Of a stretch of DNA of 64,000 nt, positions 26,912-40,200 are shown in pieces. Positions within the stretch are counted from its first letter, which is position 1. Every line of letters begins with the position of its first letter. The notes under the pieces were generated by a model. That model saw only the letters and a list, made by a program, of their open reading frames with translations, was not told the origin of the DNA and did not search any database. Origin of the DNA: Felis catus (lineage: Eukaryota); assembly GCF_018350175.1 (NCBI RefSeq), contig NC_058368.1:164736001-164800000 (forward strand). The letters run 5' to 3'. A program made the position numbers and the translations under genes.

Positions 26912-28695
26912 AGCAGTGTCGTCTTAAACAGAAAATACAAGTTTACTGAACTTAAACTTTGAACCACATATTTCTTAGATGACTTCATAAATGTTTAAGT
27001 TGAAAAGCTGTACAGACATTGTGCCTGGTGAGTCAAAAACTAAGTGTAATACCTGGCATATGTTTGAATTTTTGTTGTAGGCAGAGGGACGATAGCCTCC
27101 TAGATCAGTATTTCCCAGAATTTAATTACTGGGGCAATGTCTCTGCAGAATTTCAGTAAGTATTCACACACACACACATTCACACACACATACACATGCA
27201 TACACATGTGCAAACACAGTTTTATAGTCAAATACATTGGGAAACTCTTGGTTAAACAAAGGAAAATTCATCTCTTTATGGCAAGCATTCTAAGATACTA
27301 TAACCACAATAATTTAAACTGTCTGAATCCAGGATATGCATATATTAGATAAGGTATTCCCAAAGGACATAGAAAGAATTTTTATGGAATATCACACAAG
27401 AATGTCATTCTCTGAAATTCTTTAATATTCTAAATTTTTTATTGTTACTAAGTCCACTGTAACTTGGAAATTACATCTTAGTTAAATTTGCGTTAATACT
27501 TATGACTTCTTACAACTTCAATATTGGCTTCTAGGACCTTGTGCTTTCCTTATCATTTGTATTCTTCCATTCATAGGAGAAAACAAATATGACTATTTTT
27601 TTATTGACAGTCCACCAAGAAGTTAATTGACCATGAGGGCTTCCTCCCCTTACCATCATTCTGTCTCATGATATGAGGCAAAGCTCTTTCTTTTTCTCTT
27701 ACAAAATGGAGGAAAGTGAATAATGAGCTTTCATTTAAGTCTGATATTATGATCAGGGGCATTTTGTTGGGAGATGGAGTCCAATTTGAAATTATAAAGG
27801 TCTCTCACAGTACTTACGGTCCTGCTGAAACTACCTCTTCCCAGCTTTGACATTACTCACATCCAGGATTGAAGGCAACTGATCTCAAAATCCCCCATGC
27901 ACATCGTGAAACCACCAGTTCTGATCCACACCCTCCCTGTCCTAGAACTATAGACTTTCCAGAAGATAACTCCATAGAAGACCATAACTGGAACAAATTA
28001 TCACATCCCCATAAGAAACCATCAAAATTAATTCAAATACTCTGTGTATCCTCATTTATGTCAGCATTCTAATTAGTTGAAACTCATTTCTTCCTTAATC
28101 ATTTGGATTCTTAAATACACAAAACTCTGTATATCTATTGAAGTAACTCATTCTGTAACAACATAAACTCTTTCATTTGATCATCGAACAGAGAAAATCT
28201 CCTCTACCCTCCATGTGATTCAATATGCCTTCCACTTCTTGTTTTAACTGAACTCTAGATATTACCTAAGGACACTTCTTTCCCAGAAACACTCTCTAAT
28301 AGTCTTCTGCTCACACTTCAACTAGCAATGGTTCAGGAGTTAGGATAAGTTTTATCCATCATCATGCAAACAAATGGATACAAAATAATCTGCTTAAAAC
28401 GTATCAGGAGAATATGTGAATGTTTTTCTGAATAGTTGTAAACACAAAAAATATCATTGAGTTCTATCACCTTGCTTACTACCTTTCTTTGATCAGTTTT
28501 ATATTATTATTCTTAGTGATGTTAATATATAGGCAATGTATCCAACACTTTCTAATTTTAGTTTTGTACTTACCTCACCTCCAGTAACTTTGTCCTACAC
28601 TTTATGTCTATCACCCATTCCCATCATCATTCCCTCCAGATGTTATCATTACCAATATCTGGACCACCTCCAAAGTCTTAATTAAAAATATTCCA

Positions 28696-28908
28696 GGGGT
28701 GCCTGGGTGGCTCAGTCAGTGAAGCGTCTGACCTCAGCTCAGGTCATGATCTCACATTTCTTGGGTTCGACCCCTTGTCTGGCTCTGTGCTAACAGCTCA
28801 AAGCCTGGAGACTGCTTCAGATTTTTTGTCTCCTTCTCTCTCTGTCCCTCCCCCATTCACGCTTTGTCTCTGTCTCTCAAAAACAAATAAATATTAAAAA
28901 AAATTAAA
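28696..28908 (+). mobile_element. Carnivore SINE (felid type)
   Basis: Full SINE; TSD AAAAATATTCCA at 28684-28695 and 28909-28920. Confidence 0.94.
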
Positions 28909-28925
28909 AAAAATATTCCAGTGTT

Positions 28926-29074
28926 AGGGTGCCTGGGTGGTTCGACTCTTGATTTCAGCTCAGGTCATGACCTCACAGTTTGTGAGTTCAAGCCCCATGC
29001 CAGGCTCTGCTCCACTGCTTGAGATTCACTCTCCCTCTCTCTTTATGCCCTTCCCCCACTCAAAGGAACATGTT
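28926..29074 (+). mobile_element. Older, internally deleted carnivore SINE
   Basis: GGGTGCCTGGGTGGTTCGACTCTTGATTTCAGCTCAGGTCATGA; followed by AAAAACTATTCCAATGT, a degenerate TSD. Confidence 0.85.
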
Positions 29075-29919
29075 AAAAACTATTCCAATGTCTGCCTTCT
29101 AGTTTTATATTAAAATATAAACTCTTCAAGAACCCCAACTCTCCAAATTCTTTGATTCTACCATGGTCTCTCTTCACTGAAACTAATAGTTCATTGTTGA
29201 TCTCCCTACTTTGGTAGTTACTCCCCATATTGCTAACATTAGATTCCTTGGGCTATTACTAAAATCAACTCTTTGCATTTACCCTCAGTTCCCTTACTTT
29301 TTTTCTTGCTTTCTTTGAACAAGCTAGCTAAACCATAAATTCTACTATCTGTTTATGCTCAGCTTGCACCAGGACAGCTGGCCAGGATTGGAAAAAAAAA
29401 AACAAAAAACAAAAAACACACAACTAATCTCAGTGATCTCACTCTAAAATATAACCACAAAGCTTAAGATGGCCATCCACTACATTTCCTTAGAGAGTAT
29501 ATTTTCCTCTTCTCCTCTCTTTGCCAACCACTGCCCACCCTCCTCTACCCCAGCCAATTGCTCTCAGCAATGCTCAGAATTGCTTTTGGTTTCAGGTTAC
29601 AAAAAGTTAAGTATAACAGACTGATTTTCTCAATATCTCCTGTCTTGAGGACCAGCCAGTTTCACAAGATATCAGTGTATCCACTGGCTTCCACATTGAG
29701 GAAGCATAGATCAAAATTGATCACTCTCTCAAAACACTTTGATCACACAGCTACTGTGACACACATTTGTGTATTTTTTATTTTTTGTTTTTAAACTCAT
29801 TGGCCGTTCATTCTCAGTTTTTGTTTTGTTTTGTTTTGTTTTACCGAATAATCCTTTCTCCATCTCAAAAAGTTGTAATAGCACCACTTCCAGTTGAAGA
29901 GTATTTTTTCTTATTTAAA

Positions 29920-30137
29920 TGAGATAGTCGACACTTGATTATAAAGTAGGCTGTGTGTGAGATGATTTTACCTAACTATAAGCTAACACAAGTGTTCTGA
30001 GAACGTTTAAGTTTGGCTAAGCTAAGTTATAATGCAAAGTAGGTTAGGTATATTAAATATATTTCCACTTAGACTATTTTTAACTTATGATGGGTTTATT
30101 GGGACACAATCCCATCATCAGTTGAGGAAGGTCTATA
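29920..30137. mobile_element. Tigger4-like (Tc1/mariner) DNA transposon relic
   Basis: TATTTTTAACTTATGATGGGTTTATTGGGACACAATCCCATCATCAGTTGAGGA resembles the Tigger4a end. Recall only. Confidence 0.65.
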
Positions 30138-31054
30138 AGCCTTTCACCCAGTTGTATAAGCCAGAAACCTCGGAGTTACCCTTTACTGCTCTTTAAACTC
30201 ATACTCCATATTGATCTTTAGAAAATACATTGGTTCTACCTTTAAAACATATCCTGAATCTGACTTCTCATCCTCACTCCCTCCACTGACCCTTTTATCC
30301 AGGCTCTATTATTTCTTGCCTTTATTTTACAACAAAGCTTTTACTTGTGTCTGTGCTTCTTCTCTTACTCTTTTCATTGCATTTGTTAAATAGTCTTTTA
30401 AAACATGAGTCAGATTATGTCTCTTCCCAGCTTATTATCTTCTAATGGTTTCTTGCTGGGTGACTGTATCAAGTGTGAATAGTAAGTACATACTGATGTA
30501 TAGACCAGACATAGATATAATTTATGCAGGTAAGCAAGGTTTGCTTGTCTAAATGATTCACGGAGAAGTCGGTAGAGTCAGGATTCTTGGTAGAGAGATT
30601 AGAATCATAGTACAAGAGATCTGTGAGCTTTAGGGTCATAGAAATATTCTCTAAATTAAATTTAAAGTTTTAGTGAATAAGTTAAAATTATAATACACCT
30701 CCTGGAAATTTAACTATCTCCAATCAAGCCCATATGTACATGTCAGAATCGTCTAGCATTTAATCTTGTAGGCTTTATCTTTGCTCATTTACCTGGACCA
30801 GAGTCATCGCTTCCAAATTAAAGATAGAAATATATTTACTAGGGAAAGTATATAATCCCCAGGTATGAACAAAACTGTCATTTCTCATGAATGAGAATCT
30901 AGCAGCCTAGTCTATCTTTCCTAAACTAAGGGCTAAAGAATTGAACTTTGTTGAATTTTGTTGAACTTTGTTGAACTTTGTGCTCCAAGTCTGTCTGCAA
31001 CCATTGTCTAGAATCTATCCAACACTTGCCACACTTAAAATAGAACCTAATTTT

Positions 31055-31393
31055 GGAAGGAGCTATAATGTATTATGCTAAGCAAAATAAGTCAATCAGA
31101 GTAAGATAAATACCATAAGATTTCACTCACATGTGGAATTTAAGAAATAGATGAATTTATGGGAAGGGAAGAGAAAGGGAAGAAAGGGAAACAAATTACA
31201 AGAGACTCTTAACTATAGAAAACGAACTGTGGGTTGATGAAAGGAGGTGGATGGGAAATGGCCTAGATGTGTGATGGGTGCTAAGGTCACTTGTGATGAG
31301 CACTGGGTGTTGTATGTAAATGATGAATCATGAAATTCTACTCCTGAAACCAATGTTGAATTGTATGTTAACTAAAATTTAAATTAAAAAAAA
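31055..31393 (+). mobile_element. Carnivore L1 3' fragment
   Basis: ATTATGCTAAGCAAAATAAGTCAATCAGAG...ATTTCACTCACATGTGGAAT, GATGAGCACTGGGTGTTGTATG, A-tail; degenerate TSD AGAAC(C/G)TAATTT. Confidence 0.88.
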
Positions 31394-33780
31394 GAACGTA
31401 ATTTCTTTACTAATGCCTATAAATCCAACTAATGCCTATAAAATCCAATGAAGTCTGTCTCCTACAAACATATTCATTACTATCTTCACCTTTTCTTAGT
31501 ATGCATCAGGTACCCTGGTTTTCTCACCCCGAAACACACTGTGAACTCCAAGTTTCAGAGTTTTGTATCTTCTTTTCTTTTTGCCGTAATGCTGTTCCTT
31601 CAGAAATGCACATTGCTTACCTTGCCTACCCCTGATTTTATTTAGTTTGGACTCAGTGTCAGTTCCTTAGAGAGACTTTATCTTACTATGTAAATAAAAG
31701 GTCATCCCTCTTCAATGTTACACTGCTTTCATTTTTCTTCATAGAACATATTAGTCTCTGAGATTTTTTCTTGTTTGTTGTTTTTACTGAATGAATAAAA
31801 AATGAGTTATGTAATTGAATATGTGTGTATTTACCTGAAATGTCAAATATGAAAAACATTTAATAACAAAACTCTATTAAGCTTTTAGTTTAATTGGGAA
31901 AGCTCATAGGTTTTCTGTTGTTTCACTTCACGTTCTAATGAGTATCACAATTAAGTGTTGCTTTAATTAAAAAGCATTTTTAATGTATGTAACCAAAGTT
32001 GTTTACCCTGACAGCTTCTTCTGACATGTTAGTAATTTCAAATTCATTTATCTAAAATGTAAATCAGCATTACATTTAATGAAATCAAAAGGTTATTGGG
32101 CTTGAAAAGCTCAAAACAAATGAAAGCATTTCTAAGTACTAAGAGAGTAAGGACTCTTAAGAAGGAAATGTATGTTTTTTCCTGATATCTGTGTTTTCAA
32201 CTGAAGTGCAATTCTTCCTCTATCTCACCTTTGGGGAATCAAAAATGAGAACTCAACAGGAAGGAAAAGTGTGATAGTGTAGGTTGTTTGCTCTTGAAAA
32301 CTTATTAAATTCTGAGAGAAAACAAGATTCAAAATAATTGAAAATGCTCATTTTCAATTTGCCTTGTTTCTGCTAGTAGATGTTACTGTTGAAAAAGTAA
32401 AATGTGAAATTAAGAAATAGTATGAGGTGCTTCTAATATGTATTTTTTGCCTGTAAATTACTAATTCTTTTATATTGGAAATATCTCCCCACCCCACCCC
32501 ACCCCCTCTCTCACACACACAGACAGATGTGTGTTTAACAAAAATAATGTATATACAAAAACAGTTTTCTGAATTTCAAAAAAATGTATCATGGATAGAA
32601 TTGCAAATAAATTCCATGATCAGGGAGTATAGTTTTTGAAAACCTTTGCTCCAAAGAACAAGATTATATTTCAGACTTACTGAAGAGCCTGCTGTTGAAA
32701 ACCTCAGTGAGTGACTGAGTAGTATTGTGTATTTGACGTTATTACAGATCACTGTTGGGTTAAACATCAAATGGGGATAATCTTTCCTTTGATTTTTGTG
32801 TGTGTTTGTGTGTCTTTTCCCTAAGAATAACTGTGTTCATATATTACTGCTTCTAACTGAAACACTGATAATTCTTAGGTGAGAATGAGATTGGTTTTAC
32901 TTTTTCCAATTGATCAAGACAGTCTCAAGTTCATTAAACAAATATTATAACTTCAGTTCTGATACAGAACAACTAAAAGGCCTTTTGTTAATCTTCTTCA
33001 TCTTACTTCAATTCCACCAGATTTGTTTAGCCCTAATTAGCCATTAGCCCTAATGTAGCTAATGGTTTTACAAAACAAAGCAAAACAAAACAAACAAAAG
33101 CATACCTTTTTATGCACCATAACTTTTCAATGCTGACAAAATTTATTTTTCTTTTTCTGGTTAAATACATGAGAAAAGTTGTTCTCAAGTAGAGTGTTCC
33201 TTCTTTCTTTCTCTGAAAGTGTCTAATTCATTATGGGGAAAATTATGAATTAAGCACTAAAGTAAATTTTCTTTGTTTAATATACTTCAAAGAAATGGTT
33301 AGAATAAATGAAGTTAGGAATAGAAACACTAGATATGATACTTAGCTATAATAGTAATATTTTATTTGTTAAAATGCAATTATCATATCTTATGTAAGAT
33401 GAGAACTTACAAGGTATACATCTAAGCTATCTGGTGAGAGTGTTTTATTTAATAGAAAAATTCATATAGTAACATTAACTTCCTTCATCTTATCCAATCA
33501 TTTGCATGATTCCCTAGTATATCCTTCCCAGGTGCAAATAAAAAAACCTGGTTGCTTTAGTTTGTATAGAGGCATTAGTGTCACCTCAGGGTGTCTTAGG
33601 TCCCACAGACGTGGCTTGTCTCTAAGCATTAATAACCCAATATTTGGATAAGTGTATCCTTGAGTTTTCCTTTCATTTGTAAACATAGAGAAGACCAGTT
33701 TTGTTATTGAGCTAAAGAAACTCATAGGAGATTTCTCTAAAACACTATATGCTAATCAAGTCTTTAAATGCATCTTTCGT

Positions 33781-33978
33781 GGGGTGCCTGGGTGGCTCAG
33801 TCATTTGAGTGCCCATCTTCGGCTCAGGTCATGATCTCATGGTTGGTGAGTTCGAGCCCTGCGTGGGGCTCTGTGCTGACAGCTCAGAGCCTGGAGCCTG
33901 CATCAGATTCTGTGTCTCCCTCTCTCTCTGCCCCTCCCCCGCTCATGCTCTGTCTCTGTCTCAAAAATAAATAAACAT
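33781..33978 (+). mobile_element. Carnivore SINE (felid type)
   Basis: Full SINE; TSD AAATGCATCTTT. Confidence 0.94.
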
Positions 33979-34356
33979 TAAATGCATCTTTATTATTCTA
34001 TATATATTTTACATATTCTATATATTTATATATTCTATCTTTTTGAAGAAATAAATATTAGACCTTCTTATTTTATCCTCCATGTCTCTTGAGTTCTTTA
34101 TTTTTAATTTCTTGACTGCTCTGTATTGTATCCTGGTTAATTTCTTTAGCTAGTTCTCTGTCATTAAAATCTCTATCTATAGTTTTGTCTAAAATGCTTT
34201 TTAATATTTCTACCACTCCATCCTAATAAAGCTATCTGTTAACCCATTTTAAAATGTATCACTTCCTTCTCCCATGTAAATAAACAAACAATGTAAATTA
34301 TCACAAATAATTACAACTTATGATATATAGTTATTGTATGATGATTCTAACTTCTG

Positions 34357-34572
34357 TAATGTTTATTTTTGAGAGAGCGAGAGAGACAGAGAGAGAGACA
34401 GAGTGTGAGTGGGAGAGGGGCAAAGAGAGAGAGGGAGACACAGAATCTGAAACAGGCTCCAGGCTCTGAGCTGTCAGCACAGAGCCTGAAACGGGGCTCA
34501 AACCCACAAACAGTGAGGTCATGACCTGAGCCAAAGTCGGATGCTTAACTGACTGAGCCACCCAGGCACCCC
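34357..34572 (-). mobile_element. Carnivore SINE (felid type)
   Basis: (GA)n tract, CAGAATCTGAAACAGGCTCCAGG, reverse head CCCAGGCACCCC. Confidence 0.93.
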
Positions 34573-35029
34573 TATTATATAATTATGCTAAACAATTGTA
34601 AATTGTATTGCTGGTTCACAAATGTGTACAAAATGATATTGGCCAGTAAGTGTCCTTCATGCTGTCATTGATTGAATTTGGCATCAAGGGTGGGAAAATC
34701 TCCCCTCATTTGGAAGATTTGAAAGACATGTTTTTTTAGCATGTACTCAGATACTTTTATAAGGATATGGGTGCTTGAATTTTTACCAAGTGAACAAATC
34801 CAAATAACCACCACCAAAGGAGTGGAATATTACCAGTATCTAGAACCCCCTGGGACCCCATTCCTAGATTTTACTATTCCTCTTGCTCAAGGATAATGAC
34901 TATTGTGACCTAAAACAACATAGATTACTTGAGGCTGGTTTTTGTTCTGTTTTATTTGTTTAAGTTCATAGGAATTAACTCTTCAGTATCTGGTATTTTT
35001 TATTAAGAATTAGGTTTGCAGAATTCATC

Positions 35030-35227
35030 TTTTTTTGGTTTTGTTTTTTGTTTATTTATTTATATTGAGAGAGAGAGCACAAGCGGGAGAGGTGCAGAGA
35101 GAAGGAGAGACTGAATCCCAAACAGGCTCCACACCATCAGTACAGAGCCCAGTGAGGGGCTCAAACTCATGACCTGAGCTAAGATCAAGAGTCAGATGTT
35201 TAACCGACTGTGCCACGCAGGTGCCCC
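35030..35227 (-). mobile_element. Carnivore SINE
   Basis: T-rich tail, (GA)n tract, reverse head GCAGGTGCCCC. Confidence 0.9.
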
Positions 35228-35859
35228 ATCATCCTTGTTTTTAACAATAGTTTATTTCCATGATTCAGTGTTTCCTATGAATATGTCACAATTTTCTATT
35301 CCACTTAGATAGGCATTTGGATTTTTATGTTTTCTGACTACTATGAATAATGCTACTGTAAGTAACCTTGTACATGCCTTATGTGTGAACATACTTTTCT
35401 GTTGGATATGTATAGGAGAGGAATTATGGGATCATAGAATCTGCCAAACAATTGTCCAAAGTTGTTTGAACCAATCTAAAATCTGGTAGATTGATCTAAG
35501 TACTAATTCAACATATTTAATGGTAAGTATTCTACTCATGTTACATTTCTTCTTTTTTAAAAATAAATAACAGGTTTGGAGACTACCATTTTGTCTGAGT
35601 TTTCAAACTTTTAGCACAAAGATTTTCCTATTTTATATTTCTCTGTTTATTCTTCATTTTTTCTCTTAATCCATTATTCCTGAGGCCTACTAATTTTATT
35701 AGTCTTTTCAAATAACCAGCATTTGGTTTTGTTAATTTTATTTTAATTTTGTGTCCTGTTTCATGTCTTCTCATATTTTTAATTGTTTTCCCCTCTACTT
35801 TCTTTAATTTATATCCATTATTGTCTTCACTTATTTTTTGAATACTTTTTTAATTTAAC

Positions 35860-36142
35860 TTTATTATGGTATAAATAACCTATAATAAATTGCACATACT
35901 TAAATTGTATAATTTGATGCCTTTTAGACATAATAGACATTTCAATTTAGGATAGGTTTAGATTGATAGAAAAATTACAGATACAGTATAAAGAATTCCC
36001 ATACACCCTATATCCAGTTTCCTGTTTTCACATCCTATATTAGTATGGCCTATTCATCCATCACAATTAATGAACCAGTATTGATACATTAATATTAAGG
36101 TCCATAGCACAAGATATATACTCTTAGCAAATTATAAGTATT

Positions 36143-36192
<50 letters not shown>

Positions 36193-38975
36193 TATTATTA
36201 ACTGTAATTACCATGCTGTACATTGGATTTCCCAGAATGTATTTATCCTGTAAGTGTAAGTTTGTACATTTGGAATAACATCTCTCTATTTCTCTAACCC
36301 TCTAGCTCCTGGAAACCAACATTCTGTTCTCTGTTTTTATAAAAGTTTCAGGTTTTTTTAGATTTTACCTATGAGTAAGATCACGTAGTATTTGCTTTTT
36401 ATGCCTCGCTTATTTCACTTAGCATAATGTCTTCCAAATCCATTCATGTTGTCACAAATAGCAGATTTTCCATCTTTTTAAAGCTTGAAAAATACTCTAT
36501 TACATCACATTTTCCTTATCTATTAATCCATTACTGGATACTTTCGTTGTTTGCATATTGTTGCTACCTTGAATAATACTGTAGTAAATGTGGAAGTGCA
36601 GGTACGTTTTGAGCACATGATTTCAATTCATTGTACTCAGAATTGGAATTCCTGGATTATCTGATCGTTCTATTTTTAATTTTTTGAGGAAACTCTATAC
36701 TATTTTCCTTAATGGCTGTACCATCTTACATTCCCAACAAAAGTTACAAAGTTTGCTTTTTCTCTATGCTCTTACCAACACTTATTGTCTCTTTTTGATA
36801 ATAGGCATCCTAACAGATGTGAGGTGACATCTCATTGTGATTTTGATTTGCATTTCCCTAATAATTAGAGATGTTAAGCACCTTTTCTTGTACCTGTTGT
36901 CATTTGTATATCTTCATTAAAGAAAAATCTATTCAGGATTTTGCCCAGCTCTCCCTCAGATTGTTATTTTTGCTATTGAATTGTATGTGTTTCTTTCCTA
37001 TGTTGGATATTAATTTCTAATCCGGTAAATGGTTTGCACATGTTATCTCTCATTCCTTAGATTGCATTTTTATTTTGTTGTCTCTTTTGCTGTGTGTAGC
37101 TTTTTAAAAATCTGATATAGTTCTACGTGTTTGTTTTTGCTTTGATTGCTTATGCTTTTGAAGTTATAGTTAAAAAATCAGTGCCAAGACCAATGTCAAG
37201 ACATTTTTTCTGTTTTTCTTTTTTTTTTTCTAGAAGTTTTGTGATTTCAGGTTTTACATTAAGTCTTTAATCCATTTCAAGCTATTTGTTTTTAATAGTG
37301 TAAGATAGGGGTCCAGTTTCATTTTCTTTGTGTGTGAATATACAGTTTCCCAACACCATTTAGTAGAGATTATTCTTTCTTCATTGTGTGTTGTTGGTGC
37401 TCTTTTCAAAATTTAGTTGACCATATGAGCACGGATCTATTTCTAGGATCTGTTCGGTTCCACTGATCTATGTCTATTTTTATGCCAATACCATACATAC
37501 TGTTTTGTTTACTTCTGTTTTTTAATGTAGCTTGAAATCAGGAAGTGTGATGCCTCTAGCTTTGTTCTTGTTTCTTGAGATTGGTTATTTGGAGTCTTTT
37601 GTAGATACATGTTAGTTTTAGAATTATTGTTTCTATGAAAATTGTCATAAGATTTTTGATAAGTTGCATTGAATCTGTAGATTGTTTTGGGAATTATGGG
37701 ATTTTAACACTATAATTCTTCCAATTTATGAACACAGAATGTCTTTCTATTTATTTGTGTGTTCTTCACTTTCTTTCATTACTGTTTTATGGTTTCAGTG
37801 TACAGATATTTTACCTCCCTAGTTAAATTTATTCCTAAGTGTTTTATTCTTTGTGATGCTGTTGTATATTGGATTGTTTTTTTAATTCCTTTTTAAAAAT
37901 ATATTAAATATATTGTCAAATTGGTTTCCATACACACCCAGTGCTCATCCCAAAAGATGCCCTCTTCAATGCCCATCACCTACCCTTCCCTCCCTCCCAC
38001 CCCCCCATCAACCCTCAGTTTGTTCTCAGTTTTTAAGAGTCTCTTATGCTTTGGCTCTCTCCCACTCTAACCTCTTTTTTTTTATTCCTTTTTTTGAAGG
38101 AAAAAGATAGTTTACAGATATAGGACTTACTTTTTCATATTGAGTTTGTATCCTGCAATGTATTAAATTCATATTTTTACATATAAGACCATGTCATCTA
38201 CAAAGAGACAATTTAACTCTTTTTTCCCCCCTTGATTTGGATGCCCTTTATTTCCTTTTCTTGCCTAAGTGATCTGGCTAGGCCTTGCAATCATATATTG
38301 GATAGAAGCAATGGGAATGGTCACTTTTGTCTTCTTTCTGACCTTAGAGGAAAAGCTTTCAGCTTTTCACCTTTGAGTATGATGCTATCTGTGGACTTGT
38401 CAGTAATGACCTTTATTATGTTGAGGTATATTCCTTTTATTCCTAATTTTTTTCAGAGTTTTTAACATGAATGGATATTGAATTTTATCAAATGTTTTTT
38501 TTTTTTTTTTTGCATCTTTTGAGATCCTATAGCTTTTATTCTTCATTCTGTTAATGTGATGTATCACATTTATTTATTGGTATATGTTGAACAATCCTTG
38601 CATTCCAGAACTTGTCTCCCTTTTTCATGGGTTATAATCCACTTGATCTGCTGTTGAATTCAGTTTTGTAATATTTTGTTGAGACATCAATACTTAGACA
38701 TTGGTTTGTACTTTTCTTTTCTTGTAATATATCGTCTTTGTTATCAGGGTAATACCGGCCTCCATCTAAAGATTGACTTCTTTAAATAATTGATGGACTT
38801 CACCAATAAAGCCCTTTGGTCCTGGACTTTTGGTAAATTTTTGATTATGATTTAGCCTTCATACTAGTTATTGATCTATTCAAATTTTCTATTTCTTTAT
38901 GATTCAGTCACCTAAGTTGCATCTTTCTAGGAATACTTCCATATCATCTAGAGTATCCAATTTGCTTGCATCCTA
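35860..38975 (-). mobile_element. Old L1 fragments (an L1MC-like piece, then an L1MA/carnivore-like 3' portion of about 2.9 kb) with (AT)22 at 36145-36189
   Basis: Continuous decayed antisense L1 3'UTR/ORF2 sequence (GAGGTGACATCTCATTGTGATTTTGATTTGCATTTCCCT; TTAGAGGAAAAGCTTTCAGCTTTTCACC). Confidence 0.82.
37895..38083 (-). mobile_element. 5'-truncated felid L1 3'UTR inserted in an older L1
   Basis: Matches the 3'UTR of the 42-54 kb elements; flanked by ATTCCTTTTT on both sides. Confidence 0.88.
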
Positions 38976-39987
38976 TTTAGTTTTAAAAAATGTACACTTT
39001 TTGACATTACTCAAATAGTTGGTGTAAGATTTAGCAAGTAAGTATATTTAAGAAATTTAGTATATTTACAAATCCAGGTTATATCATTTCACTTCATATT
39101 GTTCCTCAAAGTGGATTGTTTATTTGTTTGTTTGTTTTTAATAGAACCAGTGGAAATCCAACTCTTTTGAATAATCAGGGGTGAAGAACCTCTTTGGTAG
39201 GCATAGGTCAACTTCAATTTAACATATGTATAGCACCCGTTAAACATCATTTTTTAAGTAAGTAATTGAGCAAGGAATGAAAAAATGAAAGTAAAGGAGG
39301 AACTTAAATATTCTCTTTTGGAACAGAGTCATACTCAGACACATCTAAAAGAAATTATAGAAACTAAAAACATGGCTCTTATTTAAATCTGGCCATCTTT
39401 TCTAATACTCTTATTCCTTTTGGGATTCCACAGAGCTTGCAGTATTTTAACAGTGGAAGTAAATGTAATATTTATTTACATGTCTTCAGTTCATATTACT
39501 AATTTGAATTGGAATTCAAGTCTTTTTGACCATCTTGCATTTTTTTTTTCTGTTTCATGTTCAGTGTATTGTTTTGACATATCATTAAAAAGTTCAGCTA
39601 AAAGCACTCACAGTTCAGCAAGTGGTCTATAAGAATCATTAATCCTCCTATGATCACTAGCATGAAGTTGAGACGAAGAGTATACTTATTAGGAGATCTT
39701 AGAAAGTAGGTCAGTCAGTTTTATTGACAATGTCCCTTTATCAATCATTTGACTTCATTAAAATAAATTTTAAAAGCCTCCCTCTGCATCAGAATCTTTC
39801 AAATATTCCCTAAGCAGGTAATGCTTAAAGGCACAAAACATTCAATAAAACTGACTTGGAAAAGGATGCAATGGAAAGTGGGTTCATCAAACTCTTTAAA
39901 TTACCTACACTGCTAGAACTTTTCTTTTTCCCTTCAGTGTCACAAACTTCAGTTTCATAAGTGTATTCAGTTAGTTATATGTTAGAT

Positions 39988-40200
39988 CTGTTCTGTACAA
40001 TAACATATAGCCAATAACAGTAGCCAAATGTCACTATTTAAATTTAAATAAAGTAAAATTAAGTAAACTTTGAAATGTAGTTTCTTGGTTCCTTCACTCA
40101 TATTTCAAGTGCTCAACTGCTGCATTTGGCTTGTGGACACCGTTATGAATAGTAGAAATATAGAACATTTCCATCATCTCATAAATTTCCATTAAACAAT
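39988..40200. mobile_element. MER3-like hAT-Charlie DNA transposon relic
   Basis: CATATTTCAAGTGCTCAA...ATATAGAACATTTCCATCATC resembles MER3. Recall only. Confidence 0.65.

Larger units (their letters stand above)
27830..31800 (-). mobile_element. Fragmented ancient LINE-2, interrupted by younger elements
   Basis: L2-like pyrimidine-rich motifs (AAGCCAGAAACCT.GGAGT, TTCTACCTTTAAAACATATCCTGAATCTGAC.CTTCTCA) and a TGAATGAAT terminus near 31790. Boundaries approximate. Confidence 0.55.

Noticed and set aside
30941..31447. Short tandem repeats (TTGAACTTTG x4 at 30941; 19-bp duplication at 31409) as an array or CRISPR-like system
   Set aside because: No spacers and few units in a mammalian genome; ordinary slippage products.
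17456..34561. Recurrent MAQSVK...SLEPASDSVS ORFs (17456, 21846, 33768, 34331)
   Set aside because: Translations of SINE sequence, not genes.
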